A stretch of 64,000 nt of DNA from Eledone cirrhosa (GCA_964016885.1 OZ024740.1:112778001-112842000), one strand, 5' to 3'; counted from the stretch's first letter, positions 1-12,811 are shown. Numbers and translations are program-made. The notes: generated from the sequence alone by a model not told the origin.

Positions 1-338
1 GATCTTTCTGCACTTGTCGTCACATGGTACCATGGGCCCAGCACTATGTGTCAATAATTGTCACAAGTTTAGTGTTTGTACCAAAGTTTTCAAGTCGCTG
101 GCTGGACTAAAAAGCCACACTCGTTCAGCGTATCGGTAGGGGTTCTCCTACATGGATATAAAGTAGTGGCCGTACTCGAAAACGAGTTGGCAGTCACCAT
201 GTATGTATGTATGTATGTATGTATGTATGTATGTATGTATGTATGTATGTATGTATGTATGTATGTATGTATGTATGTATGCATGCATGTATGTATGTAT
301 GCATGTATGTATGTATGTATGTATGTATGTATGTATGT
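1..338 (+). mobile_element. 3' part of RTE-like non-autonomous retroelement with (ATGT)n tail (cut by window start)
   Basis: 1-202 is near-identical to about 745-945, 27449-27645 and about 30705-30903. It encodes a C2H2-like remnant (CxxCTRVFKSLAGLKSH in the better copies) and is followed by (ATGT)n. Confidence 0.7.
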
Positions 339-1030
339 CAGGTCACCAGTTGGTGCTACTGGTAACATTATCCCAGTACAACCAGTCTCATGGTCGGGTC
401 GTTGGCGACTAAACTGGCAACCCCACCAAGGTTTCTTGGTGAGGAGGGTGACTTTGGACATCCTGCAGGACTAAAAACAAAACCTGTCAAAGGGCAAAGG
501 AGCTCTTAAGAGTCAATTGCCATCCAAAATCACCGGGAGAGATGACCCCTTAGCCTTTGTCAAGGCAGAATTGTAGGAGAAGGAAAACTCTGATATAACA
601 CCTGCAACCCTGATGGTATCCAATGATGTTGACTTGTTCTTCTTTTTGGTAAATATCATCTTGGTTAAGAGAGTGGGACTGGCTTTGTGCAGTGTCTTTG
701 CTCACTATAAAAGCTTCACGGCACAGGCATTGCTTTATATCTGGAGATCTCTCTGCACTTGTCGTCACATGGTACCATGGGCCCAACACTATGTGTCAAT
801 AATTGTCACAAGTGTAGTGTTTGTACCAGAGTTTTCAAGTCGCTGGCTGGACTAAAAAGTCACACTCGTTCAGCGCATCAGTAGGGGTTCTCCTACATGG
901 ATATAAAGTAGTGGCCGTACTCGAAAACGAGTTGGCAGCCACCATGTATGTATGTATGTATGTATGTATGAATGTATGTATGTATGCATGTATGTATGTA
1001 TGCATGTATGTATATATGTATGTATGTATG
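339..1030 (+). mobile_element. About 600-bp bipartite RTE-like SINE/non-autonomous LINE with (ATGT)n tail
   Basis: Near-identical copy at 30297-30903. Contains TAGGAGAAGGAAAACTCTGA (resembles RTE 5'UTR motifs) and a C2H2-like 3' end, with no RT. (ATGT)n lies on both sides. Confidence 0.7.
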
Positions 1031-1225
1031 TATGGATGGATGGATGGATGGATGGATGGATGGATGGGTATATATTATATAACTTTGCCCATCATTTCCC
1101 GTTTAGTGGTTTTATACGCTCCGTTTTTATTAGACTATTTTGTTTCATCAAAGTTATGGCGAAATCTTCTCATTCAATTTACAAGCTCCGCTCACCATTT
1201 TCTAGAGATACGTTCTTTCTTTGTA

Positions 1226-1790
1226 TATAACAGGCCACGGGGGTAGCCATGGGCACAAGAATGGGCCCAAACTATTCCAACCTTTTCGTTGGCCATGTTG
1301 AGGCCCAAATCTTTGCCCGGTATACCGGCCCCACGCCCGAACTGTACGGTCGTTACATCGACGACTGTATCGGAACCACGACCCTCACCCGAGAACAGCT
1401 CGACTCCTTTCTCTCCTTCTTCTGCTCCTTCCACCCCTCCCTCCACTTCACCACCTCTATCTCCACTACCCACGTCCTCTTCTTAGATATCTCCGTCGAC
1501 ATCGATTCCTCCCACCGCTGCCTCATCACCTCCGCCTTCTGCAAACCCACCGACTCCCACTCCTACCTAGACTTCACCTCCTCCCACCCTACACACACAC
1601 TAAACACTCTATTCCCTACTCCCAACTCCTCCGGATCCGCCGCTTCTGTAGCCGAGATGCTGATTTTGAGTCCCAGGCCCTTTCCCTAGTCAGCCATTTC
1701 ATTCGGAGAGGTTACCTCCCCTCGTCCACACCGCCCTCATTCGCGCCCGTGCTGTCCACCGCTCCACCGCCCTCACCCCACGCCACCGCA
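1226..1790 (+). pseudogene. PLE reverse transcriptase C-terminal part (frameshifted)
   Basis: GVAMGTRMGPNYSNLF, YGRYIDD, FLDI and KPTDSHSYLDFTSSHP, then in a shifted frame IPYSQLLRIRRFCS...RRGY. These are characteristic PLE RT/thumb motifs. Confidence 0.88.
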
Positions 1791-3162
1791 CACCCACCCA
1801 CTGCTTAACAAAACTAACACCCCCACCCCACCCCACCCCACCCGGCCCTCCCCCAACTAACAATACTAACATCCCCACCCTCCCCCTAGCACCCGCGCAC
1901 CCACACACCCCGCACACACACACGCACCTGTACATATATACACGCACTCACACTGCCCACACACCTACTACCACCACTAACCTCCACTCCGACACCCCAC
2001 AACTATTATCACTAACACCCCCCGACCTCACGCACACGAACACACAATCACCCACACACCCATCCACACCTACGTACACCACCCACTCCACACACTCAAC
2101 CACCACTAACCCCCACTTACACACCCTCATTCAAACCTTTCCCCACCACCAGTATACTAACACCCATTAACACCCCCTCTACCACAACACACACTCATCC
2201 AAACACGCACACACACACCAGTGCACTACACTCCCTCAACCGTCCCCAACACTTTTTCTCTCCCTCTACCCGCTCCACCTACACCCCCCTCACACACACA
2301 TCCCACTAACACCTCTACTAATATACATCCCACCCCCCACATCACCACCTTCCCCATCCACCTATCACACCTACCCATCCTCTCCCCTGTCAACCGCACC
2401 TTTGCACACACAGACACACAGTCCTCACCACATACAGACCATTTCTCCACCTGTCATCTTCCTCTACTACTATCTCTTCACCCTGCCTTGACCCTCTGAC
2501 CACTTCCTGTAGCGCGCGCACCCCACATCTCTCCACTTCCGACCACCACTATGGATTCCACACCACCGGTCATTGTTCCAGCTATCCACTCTATAACGTG
2601 AAAAATATCCAACAACTCTTCTCACACTCCACGGAACTACCTTAGGAACATACCCACGAACAAACACCCATATTTTTTTTCGAACCACGCCACCTACATC
2701 CACTCACGTATAAACACAAACACACACGTGCGCACCCACACATATACACACTTAGCCTCCGGATTCCCCCCCCCCCCCCGACCCCTCTCCATCCACACGC
2801 ACGCACACACCGACTTACACCCCACCCCACGCACACACCTTTTCCTGAACATGGAACCTCGTTCTTCCCCCAACTCTCACATTCACATACACCCGCACAC
2901 ACACATACGTACACCTACACATACACAAACACCACCTTCAGCCCTCCTCGCTTGGAACCCCCGCCTCTCTCCCAACTCCACCCGCCACCACTCCTACACA
3001 CTTCACACCCTTCCACCACTTGTTTATTTTTATGTTTATTTTTATTTTTATTTTTATTTGTACTTCTTCAATCGTTTTTTCCTCCCTTTTCTCTCCCCCT
3101 CTTTTTTCTAAATGTCTTTCCACCACTCCCTTACACACCCTCGGAACTCTCTTGCGACCCAC

Positions 3163-3203
3163 TTTTCTCCTGATGAAGGGCTTATGCCCGAAACGCCGTT
3201 CTC
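3163..3203 (+). ncRNA. Minimal type I hammerhead ribozyme-like motif (degenerate) in PLE pLTR
   Basis: CTGATGA-A-GGGC-TTAT-GCCC-GAAAC. Stems I and III are imperfect. Confidence 0.6.
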
Positions 3204-3406
3204 CCCCCCCCCCACACACACACTATCACAAACGTGAACTAATAAACTCTTATTTCTACTGCCTCTGTTTTTGTCCCCGTCTAAGTTTTAACTATATATA
3301 TATATAGTATTCCACTTATGACTCTCTACTTAATGAAAGTAGAGTGTAGATATTATTACAGGGGCCCTTTGTTTAAAGGCTAAGCTTATACCATTTCGAT
3401 AGTAAA

Positions 3407-3473
<67 letters not shown>

Positions 3474-3476
<3 letters not shown>

Positions 3477-4160
3477 GAGGGGCAACTGAAAAGTTTTGAG
3501 CCTCACACAGAAAACAAATAGGTATGCAAATGAAATTTTGTTTGTGAGATCTGTGACGCTCTTACATTGCTAGCCATGTTTTATGGTCTAAACACTTTTT
3601 TCTTTTCTTTTCGTAGGTTCTTAAAGTTGATGTACTCAGGTGTTTCATGAAAATTGGAAAACTCGAGTATTGAGCAGTGATCAAGTATCTGCAGCTGAAA
3701 GGCTTAATCCCAACTGAGATCAATAAAGGCATGCAAGAGACATTGGGTGAAGATGCCCCGTCATATGTCACGGTCAAGGATCGGTCAAAGAATTCAAGCG
3801 TGGCAAGGAAGGTGTAGCAGATGACCCGAAGTCTAGGAGGCCATCAAGAGTGACCACACCAGAGAACACTGATTTTATCCTTAGGATTGATCAACGACAG
3901 TCATCTCATCAGATAGCAAACATGTTAGGCATCTCCCAGGACAATATTCTGGTGAACGTGCTTGGTTTGAGAAAAGTTGTCTGCACGCTAGGCTCCATGA
4001 CTTTTGATTGAGGAACAAGAAGGCACCCGTCGCGCCATGTCCTTCAAACATTTGAAATATTTTGACGCTGATCCGGAAGATTTCCTGGCACAATTTGTTA
4101 CCATGGACAACACCTGGGTCCATCACTACCAACCTTAAACAATATGTATAAACGGCCTCG
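3474..4160 (+). mobile_element. Mariner/Tc1 transposon remnant, internally deleted
   Basis: TA-CGAGGGGCAACTGAAAAGT left end after (TA)n. Decayed transposase N-terminus (AVIKYLQLKGL...LGEDAPSYVTV...DDPKSRRP, and FVTMDNTWVHHY resembling TGDETW). Confidence 0.8.
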
Positions 4161-4162
4161 GT

Positions 4163-4164
<2 letters not shown>

Positions 4165-4200
<36 letters not shown>

Positions 4201-4422
4201 GTGTGTGTGTCTGTGTGTGTGTCTGTGTGTGTGTGTGTGTGTCTATGTGTCTGTGTGTGTGTCTATGTGTCTGTGTGTGTGTGTATGTGTGTATGTCGGT
4301 ATGTGTGTGTGTGTGTGTGTATGTCTGTGTGTGTGTATGTCTGTGTGTGTGTATATATGTGTGTATGTCTGTGTGTGTGTATGTCTGTGTGTGTGTGTAT
4401 ATGTGTGTATGTCTGTGTGTGT
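4165..4422. repeat. (TA)n plus degenerate (TG)n microsatellite
   Basis: Direct inspection. Confidence 0.95.
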
Positions 4423-4552
4423 GGTTGTGGATTGTTTTGTGATTCATTTATTTAGAATGTTATATAGTGTCACAAAATACAGGATAGTGTATATTTTGTA
4501 TAACTATGCATGCATAACTCCATATTGTAACACGTTATTTTGGAAAAAGGAA

Positions 4553-4779
4553 ATACTACAACTACTACTACTACTACTACTACCCCCTCCGCCCACCACC
4601 ACCACCTCCGCGACCACCACCAACACTACTACTACTACTACTACTACTACCCCCTCCGCCCACCACCACCACCTCCGCGACCACCACCAACACTACTACT
4701 ACTACTACTACTACTACCAGCACCACCAGCACTACTACAACTACTATCAAACCCTCTACCACCACCACCACTTCAGCCG

Positions 4780-4865
<86 letters not shown>
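4553..4865. repeat. (TAC)n/(CAC)n/(TGC)n compound trinucleotide repeat
   Basis: Direct inspection. Confidence 0.95.
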
Positions 4866-4866
<1 letters not shown>

Positions 4867-5072
4867 GCCGTGTATTGGCAGAATCGGTAGAACGTAAGAG
4901 AAAATGCCTTGCGTTATTTAGTTACGGCTCTTTACATACCGAGTTAAACCTCTCCGATGTCAGCTTTACCTTTTACTCTTCCAAGGTCGATAAAATAAAG
5001 ATTGTTTACATCGACCTTTTCCTCCCCAACAATTACTGGCCATATAACTAAATAAGAAGCTCTTATTGTTAT
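4866..5072 (+). mobile_element. tRNA-derived SINE, diverged copy
   Basis: TGGCAGAATCGGTAGA A-box-like head, GAGTTAAAC B-box-like, GTCGATAAAATAA body. Homologous to 25427-25833. Confidence 0.65.
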
Positions 5073-5185
5073 TAGTGTTATGGGTACTGTTTGAATTGAA
5101 CGTATCTACTGCGTAATGTATTATATATCTATCTAGCGGTTAATGTTGCTAATATAAAAGGTTGTGAGATATTACATTGCATTAG

Positions 5186-5630
<445 letters not shown>

Positions 5631-7032
5631 CTATTAATAGCACTATCCATATTCTTATCTTCAGATTTTTGTAATGAGATAGCTTCACAAATCCCTTTAC
5701 AAGCCATGGTTTTGGTCAGAAGGGACTGAAATGCCAATCATTCTATACAGAAGATTTTCTGTCTAGTTACAGCTCATAAGACGATACCAGGGTACTGGTT
5801 TAAAATATCATGGATTATAGCCCTACCCCAGAGAATTGTAACTTTATCATATCTAGTCTTTTTTATTTTTTATCCGGAGACTCAAGTTAGGGTGTGTTTT
5901 TATTCATATCATATAGTTGTTGTTCTTCGTATCTAAGAATGATGCTTAATTTTGTCATAAAGGTCATATGTTTTGGGGCTGATGTATGTAGTTAATGACA
6001 CTGACACCAGTGTATGAGATGTGCTTAAGGTAGCGAATTGGCAAAGTCATTAGAATGTTGGATAGATTGTTTTACATGATATATTCAGGCTTTCTGCATG
6101 CTGAGTTCACAAATTCCACTTTTGATCCTTTCCAGATCGATATATAAAGTACAAGTACAGTACTGGACTATATTCTCCCCACCCATCTCTGGAAGAAATC
6201 AGTTGTGTCCAGATGTCGGGATGGATAATTATACAGTAACAACTTGATGTTAGATAAACTGGGTTTTAAATGATTATATATTATTGTTCTTGAAGACGCC
6301 CTATGATCGAATTGTTAAGACGCTCGTTCCACAATCACGAGGCCCCGAGTTCAATGCCACTTATGCAAGAGTCATTTACCACAACCTCGGGTCAATCCAA
6401 ACCTTCTGAATAAAATTAAGTGGGCGGAAAATGACTGACAATCTGTCGGTTGGATCGACCCTTTAATTTACATTGTGTCAGCTTGAATTTACCTGTGAGT
6501 TACTGGTACTAATCTCTTTGGAGTGCTCAGCTCAGCCACTTGTTTATTATTTTCGCAAGCAGACTGTTGTTGTAATCAAATAACTATCACACTCATAGTT
6601 GAAATTGACGGAAGACCATTTCAATTTTATCCAAATGGAGTTAATTTGACTGCAGGTACAATGATTTCTAAATGTAGTATAAGGTCATAAACTGGGGACA
6701 GGCGATATTATTTAATCGAATACAAACAATATTGACATCTGATAGGATGAAAAGCAACATTGACAATAGTCAGATTTGAACTCAGGGCGTAAAGGGGTGT
6801 AAAAAATATATCATAACAAGGCATTTTCCCCATCACTCTGCTGGTTCTGCCAATTCGACATAGTGATTGGACGTTAAAATATATACTTGGGTGACCTGGA
6901 AGACGGCATAGTTAGATATGTTGAACTCCTAACACTTGTAATCACCCTATAAAAATTAATTAGCTTTCTGCCTGGTTAAAAAAATTCCTTGTTACTTTCC
7001 TCTACTACATTTCTCATATGAGTGCAGTAGAG

Positions 7033-9416
7033 CAGGCATGTCAAACTGAGGATCCCCAAGGGCCGCATGTCTCACATAGGTGTTGTCTGAGGGCCGCACA
7101 CAACAAACAACTAATTGTGCACATTACAACTAATTAAAGTCATTTAATAAAATTTATTGCATAAAAATGTGTTACTTAAATTTAGAAACATACAATGTAC
7201 ATACAAATGTTTTAGCAGCATTCATGAATACAAAGTAATGAAGTGTTTGACAAAAAACTAGAATTTTAAATGGCAACATATACTTGCAGCTTGCAACAGC
7301 AACAGATACATTGTACAAAAATTACAATAGTTCAAAACTGAACATTTATTTGCTACTATTCAACCATTTTTAGTGTTTTGTCCTGAGGCTTGACACACCT
7401 TTTTGTTGACAATTTTTGGTATGTCTGACTGAAATGTCTGTACAGTTCCGACTTTGATGAGAGATGACAAGTGTTGATCAGTCAGCCTTGTTCTCTGAGA
7501 AGTTTTTGTTAATTTCATTAAGGAAAATAACTGTTCACACACATAGGTAGAATTAGACATTGCCATAATCTTTGTGGCAAACTTTCTGAAGTTTTTAAAC
7601 TTTTCAGGAAGGTATGAAATGAAACCAGGTATCCCCACTTCAAGATACTTTGCTGTGAGTGTAGAATCTGACTGCATTTCCAATAGTTCCATCTGCAGGC
7701 TTTCTTCTGCCTTGAAACATCAAAGCTGAATGGTGTTGAGAATAATGCAAACTGATGTTCAAAAGATGAGAAATCACAAAATCTTTCCTGAAATTCCTTT
7801 CACAACAATTCCAAGTGACTGTCATAATTAGCAAAGCTAAGTACAGAATCAGTATTGGCAGTTTTTTCCAGCTCTTTGCACGTAGGAAAATGAACTAAAT
7901 TTTCATTTGACAACTGTGACTTCCATAAGCTTAGTTTTCTAATAAAGCACTTGATGTCATCATTCAACCGATGAGTTTGTTTTTACCTTGTAATTTCAAA
8001 TTAAGATCAGTTAGTTGTGCAGTAATATCCACCGCAAAAGCCAGATCTTGGAGCCATCTTTTATTTCATCTGTATTTTGACCTAACATCTCCAAAAACTT
8101 AATTATTTTTTGTCTCAACAAATAGAATCTTTTCAGCACTTTGTGACATGACAACCAGTAAACTTCTGCGTAGGATGGAACATCTGTGAACTGATTATCC
8201 ATATCTTCCAACAACTGGCTGAACTGACGGTGGTTGAAAGCACGGTCTCTGATATAGTTTACTGTCTTTGTGAACAAGCTAAGCACATCATGCAATTTTA
8301 AAATCTTTGAACACAAATTTTGCTGAAGAATAATACAGTGCAAATGTACAAACGATGAATCTGGATGCGAGTTTTCTATTTTTGTTCGTAATTTGGCAGT
8401 AACACCATTATATCTGCCAACCATATTCGCAGCACCGTCAGTAGATAAGCATGCAAGTTTACTGAAATCAAAACCATAGTCATGCAGAACTTGCTCGGCC
8501 TTCTCAAAGATGTCCTGGCTTGTTATAGTGTCATGCATGGGGACCAGTTCAATCAGTTCTTCATAAATATTAAATTCACTGTTACAGGCCCTGATGAAGA
8601 ATGCAACCTGTGCTATTCCAGTGATGTCAATGGTCTCATCAATAGCAATAGAAAAATGTACAAGCCTTGATGATACAGCCTTCAACTGTTGTTTCAGATC
8701 ACCTGACATTTCATCAATCCGTTCAACAACAGTGTTCCTGGTTAATAAAATGTCTTTAAATAACTGTGCTTTCTCTGGACATAATATTTCAGCTGTTTTT
8801 ACAAAGCATTGCTTTACAAAATCTTTTCACTGTAAGATTTCTCACTCATGGCGATCATTTGGCTGAGTTCATAGCCTGCAGTAACAGAAGCAACATTCTC
8901 TTCCTGAATTTAATAAAACAGGTCTGCTGCTGTGTCAAGTTAGCCTTCAATTCTTGAGTCTTGAAACACGCATTGGGTCTTCATAATTATCGTAAGATCG
9001 ATGGTTCGTTTCATAATGCCTTTTCAAATTGTACTCTTTTGGCGTGGCGATGCAGTTGTTGCAAATTAAACAGTGTAACTTTCCGTTCACTGTTGTGCAA
9101 AAATACTGTAATTCTCACTTTTCTTGAAACACTCTCCCTTCTTCGTTCAATTTCCTTTTATCTTAGCTGGAGGAACAATAGACATTTTAAAAGAAAAAAA
9201 CGTTTGAAATTTTGAAAGAAAGTTTTCGGTTTACAACTATTAATGAGCTGCGCGTGATTCGTCGGAAGTTAAAAGTAGTTGACAAAAATCGCACAAGAAA
9301 ACAATCGTATCGAAATTTTTTATTTCATATTACGAAGAAAAAACATGCTTGCGCTGTAAAAACTTTTGTGTGGGCCGAGGGTGTGTTTGCAGAGGGCCGC
9401 ATGTTTGACATGCCTG
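7033..9416 (-). mobile_element. hAT DNA transposon (Charlie/Buster/SPIN-like), decayed
   Basis: 14-bp TIRs CAGGCATGTCAAAC (7033) and GTTTGACATGCCTG (9403-9416), subterminal AGGGCCGCA repeats. The 8-bp flanks CAGTAGAG and GTCTAGAT share a central TA. Confidence 0.92.
7360..9160 (-). pseudogene. hAT transposase (GTF2IRD2/SPIN-like), frameshifted
   Basis: FSIAIDETIDITGIAQ, STDGAANMVG, HCII, STYVCEQLFSLMK...RTRLTD dimerisation domain, split across several ORFs. Confidence 0.9.
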
Positions 9417-9974
9417 GTCTAGATAGATGAGAAACAAAACGAGGATGTAGTTTATGGAACACCCAAATGATTTAGAAGTCGACCTTAAGTAAGAGCAATA
9501 ACATTAAGAAAGTGAGGAATGACACCAACATTTTGAAAGTAGGTTTATAAGTATGAATTTCATGAGATTTTTGTAGCCGATTTTCATGGCCGAGTGGTAG
9601 GTACTAGAGACGGTGGCGATCCTGGTGTTGGGCTCAATCTTGGTCAAGAGGTACATGGAATCTGTTTCCGTTTTTATTTTACATCCCATAGAAAAAAACC
9701 TGAAAAGGGTTTAACGGAAACCCTACTACCGACCAGGATCGAACTTCAGACCTGGATCACCACCGACTATGATTTCTCCAGCTAGGACGTCGAGACAGCT
9801 ACAAAAATATGATGAAAATTAGTAATTATAGATCAAAATCAAATTAAAAAAGATGTGGTATCGTTCATAGCTTTCTTAGTGCTATTAGTCATATTCTGGC
9901 TCTTTTGTAACGACCTTATTTATCCTATTGTGTTTAACTGGTGAATTAATTTGATTTGATTATTTTAACAAACA

Positions 9975-10010
<36 letters not shown>

Positions 10011-10247
10011 GATGTGGGATGCTTAAAGCGTCCGTATGCGGTAGGCCGTTTGAGTACTCGATGCTCTTACAGAGTATTTGGAAACTCTGCTTCGAAAGAT
10101 CGAGATGTATCTGAGGATCTTGCGATTTCAGAGTCAGACTCGATCATCGCATCGATCGTACCTCGATCTGGTCGCCAGAGAAACGATTGTAATATGACTA
10201 ATAAATTTTAATTCGTTACACCACTGATTTTCCGTTTCTTATGTGTG

Positions 10248-10305
<58 letters not shown>

Positions 10306-10310
<5 letters not shown>

Positions 10311-10503
10311 AACCAGTAAGACCCCGACAGCTGAGCTCAAGCCGTTTCGACGGCTAATTCTGAATTAGTCCAGAATTAGCCGTCGAAACGGCTTGAGCTC
10401 AGCTGTCGGGGTCTTACTGGTTCCTATTACCCACTCTACTACCTCAAGTATTGAGTACTTTGGTGCGTTATAGTCCACCTGGTTCCTTACCACATTTCCT
10501 TCG

Positions 10504-10506
<3 letters not shown>
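10306..10506 (+). repeat. Perfect 57-bp-arm hairpin element with unique tail, in (TA)n
   Basis: 10306-10362 is the reverse complement of 10371-10427. A related element is inverted at 50350-50524. Confidence 0.85.
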
Positions 10507-10543
<37 letters not shown>

Positions 10544-10634
10544 AATGCCAATCATTGTAAGTTTGAATCTAACTGACATTCAAAAGCATATATATATGAA
10601 TAAGGTAAGCCCAAATCATAGTAGATTCAAATAT

Positions 10635-10636
<2 letters not shown>

Positions 10637-10711
<75 letters not shown>

Positions 10712-10728
10712 TGAGGGAGAGAGAGAGA
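10637..10728. repeat. (GA)n microsatellite
   Basis: Direct inspection. Confidence 0.95.
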
Positions 10729-11069
10729 TGAAACGGTTCATGTCGTATGTAAAATGAGTAAGATGGAAGACGAATAAGGTTTATGTGATTCTGTAGTACA
10801 TGTTCGGTGATATGTCTAATTATACACCTATACATACGTACACACACACACATACACAAACACGCACACACACACACAAACACAAACGCAGACACACACA
10901 CAAACACGCACACACACATATATATATATACATATATACATACATAATACATACACATATATTCACATATAAATAGATACATAGATACATAGATATATAC
11001 ATAAATACATATTATGGCTGCCCCCTCGTTACCGAGTATGGCCATTGCACGATATAACATTGTTAATAG

Positions 11070-11920
11070 TTATGCCACGAAACTACGTAGTCGAGGAATC
11101 TAGGGGCAGTTTAGGTATGATTCATTTTATTACTAATTATATCTAAATGTTCCTTCTCTCTTCATAATGTATTTTTAACTCTGATACTGGTTCAGTCTAC
11201 TTCAACCGGATTGGTCTGTCCCAGTCATTCATTGAGCAAATCGGTAAGGTTAGCACCATTAACTCACGGTTGGATGTGGAAGCATTCATGTATATGTGTG
11301 TGTCCGCATGTATCTGTGTGTTTCTAAATATATTGTTCATAACTCCCTCTGGTCGAGTAATCTTTGAAGTGTGGTGACTGCTGGAAAGCTGCCATTACTC
11401 ATACTTCTCGTCTCCTTTACCACCTCTTCTACGGCTTCGATATAAATACCCCCTACGCCTCCGTGGTATTTTCTTCGGGGTTATAAGAGGCTTAGCTCTG
11501 TTTCTCGACCGTTATATCGCGTGACTATCTCCCCCTCCGCCTTTTGGGATTCTTTCTCACGTCGTGTAGACGCGTTCTTGAAGCTAGTAAAATGAGGTAT
11601 CCTCTTGATAAGTCGGCAGACCTCGCAAAGGCTCTATATCTTTATGATGTACTGTTTTTGTTTATGCCACGAAACTACGTAGTCGAGGAATCTAGGAGCA
11701 GTTTAGGTATGATACATTTTATTACTAATTATATCTAAATGTTCCTTCTCTCTTCATAATGTATTTTTAACTCTGATACTGGTTCAGTCTAGTTCAACCG
11801 GATTGGTCTGTCCCAGTCATTCATTGAGCAACATCGGTAAGGTTGGCACCATTAACTCACGGCTGGATGTGGATGCATTCATGTATATGTGTGTGTCCGC
11901 ATGTATCTGTGTGTTTCTAA

Positions 11921-11927
<7 letters not shown>
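11070..11927 (+). mobile_element. Direct-repeat (about 265 bp) element with hammerhead motif: PLE pLTR tandem or retrozyme-like
   Basis: 11070-11334 is repeated at about 11662-11927 (period about 592). No coding capacity. Ends in (TA)n. Confidence 0.7.
11600..11689 (+). ncRNA. Type I hammerhead-like motif with variant core
   Basis: Stem I TCCTC/GAGGA, core TTGATAA (vs CTGATGA), stem II GT-C-GGCA...TGCC-AC, GAAA, palindromic stem III ACTACGTAGT, GTC cleavage triplet. Confidence 0.6.
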
Positions 11928-11998
<71 letters not shown>

Positions 11999-12034
11999 CA
12001 CACATGCATACGTATACATACATATTTACACATT

Positions 12035-12182
12035 TTTTGGATGGCCGTTGACTCTTAAGAGTTCTTCCGCCCTTTGTCAGGTTTTGTTTTTTGTCTTGCA
12101 GGGTGTCCAAAATCACCCTCCTTACTAAGTAAATTTGGTGGGGTTGCCGGTTTAGTCGCCATGCGACAGGTTGTACTGGGTT
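12035..12182 (-). mobile_element. 5' fragment of the RTE-like element (relative of 339-530)
   Basis: The reverse complement matches CCCAGTACAACC...GGCGACTAAAC...TTAAGAGTCAA...CATCCAAAA. Confidence 0.7.
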
Positions 12183-12811
12183 GAAATACATATATATATA
12201 TACATAAATACGTGATGGCTGCAACTCGATTTGGAGTAATGCCATCGCTTGATACTTACGCATGAGCATCACGGACATTTTAGTCCTGCTAGGAGCTTAC
12301 CTATCGCCAGCCATAACATGCATCGCAAAAATGTCACATATCAAGCGATGCCTGTGTTTGAAGTTTTTTTAAGTGAGGAAAAATTTTGCAGGGGCCTATC
12401 CCACTCGCTGAACATCGAAAGCATTTGCTCCCAAAAGAAGAACTGATCTACACCATTGGATGCAAATGAAGTCGCAGGTTTTATATCAGAGTGATTTCTC
12501 GTAGAGAAATGTCTTAACGAAGACTAGGAGTCTCTCGCTCAAAAAAAAAAAAAAAAAGAATTACGTATATACATATATAGATATATACATACATGTATAT
12601 ATGTATATATCTATATCGACACAGGAATACATACATATACATATATACATATAAACATATATACATACATGCACATATACTTATATACAATTCGGTTGGC
12701 AACCACATCACTTCGAGTGTCCCATACCTATCACCTTGGACAAGCCTCTATAAATATCTCTCTCTCTCCCTCTCTATCTATCAATCATTTTCTCTCTCTC
12801 TCTCTCTCTCT

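Larger units (their letters stand above)
1226..3300 (+). mobile_element. Penelope-like element (PLE), 5'-truncated and decayed
   Basis: RT motifs, a CA-rich degenerate middle, then a pLTR-like 3' end with a hammerhead core and AATAAA, ending in (TA)n. Confidence 0.8.
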
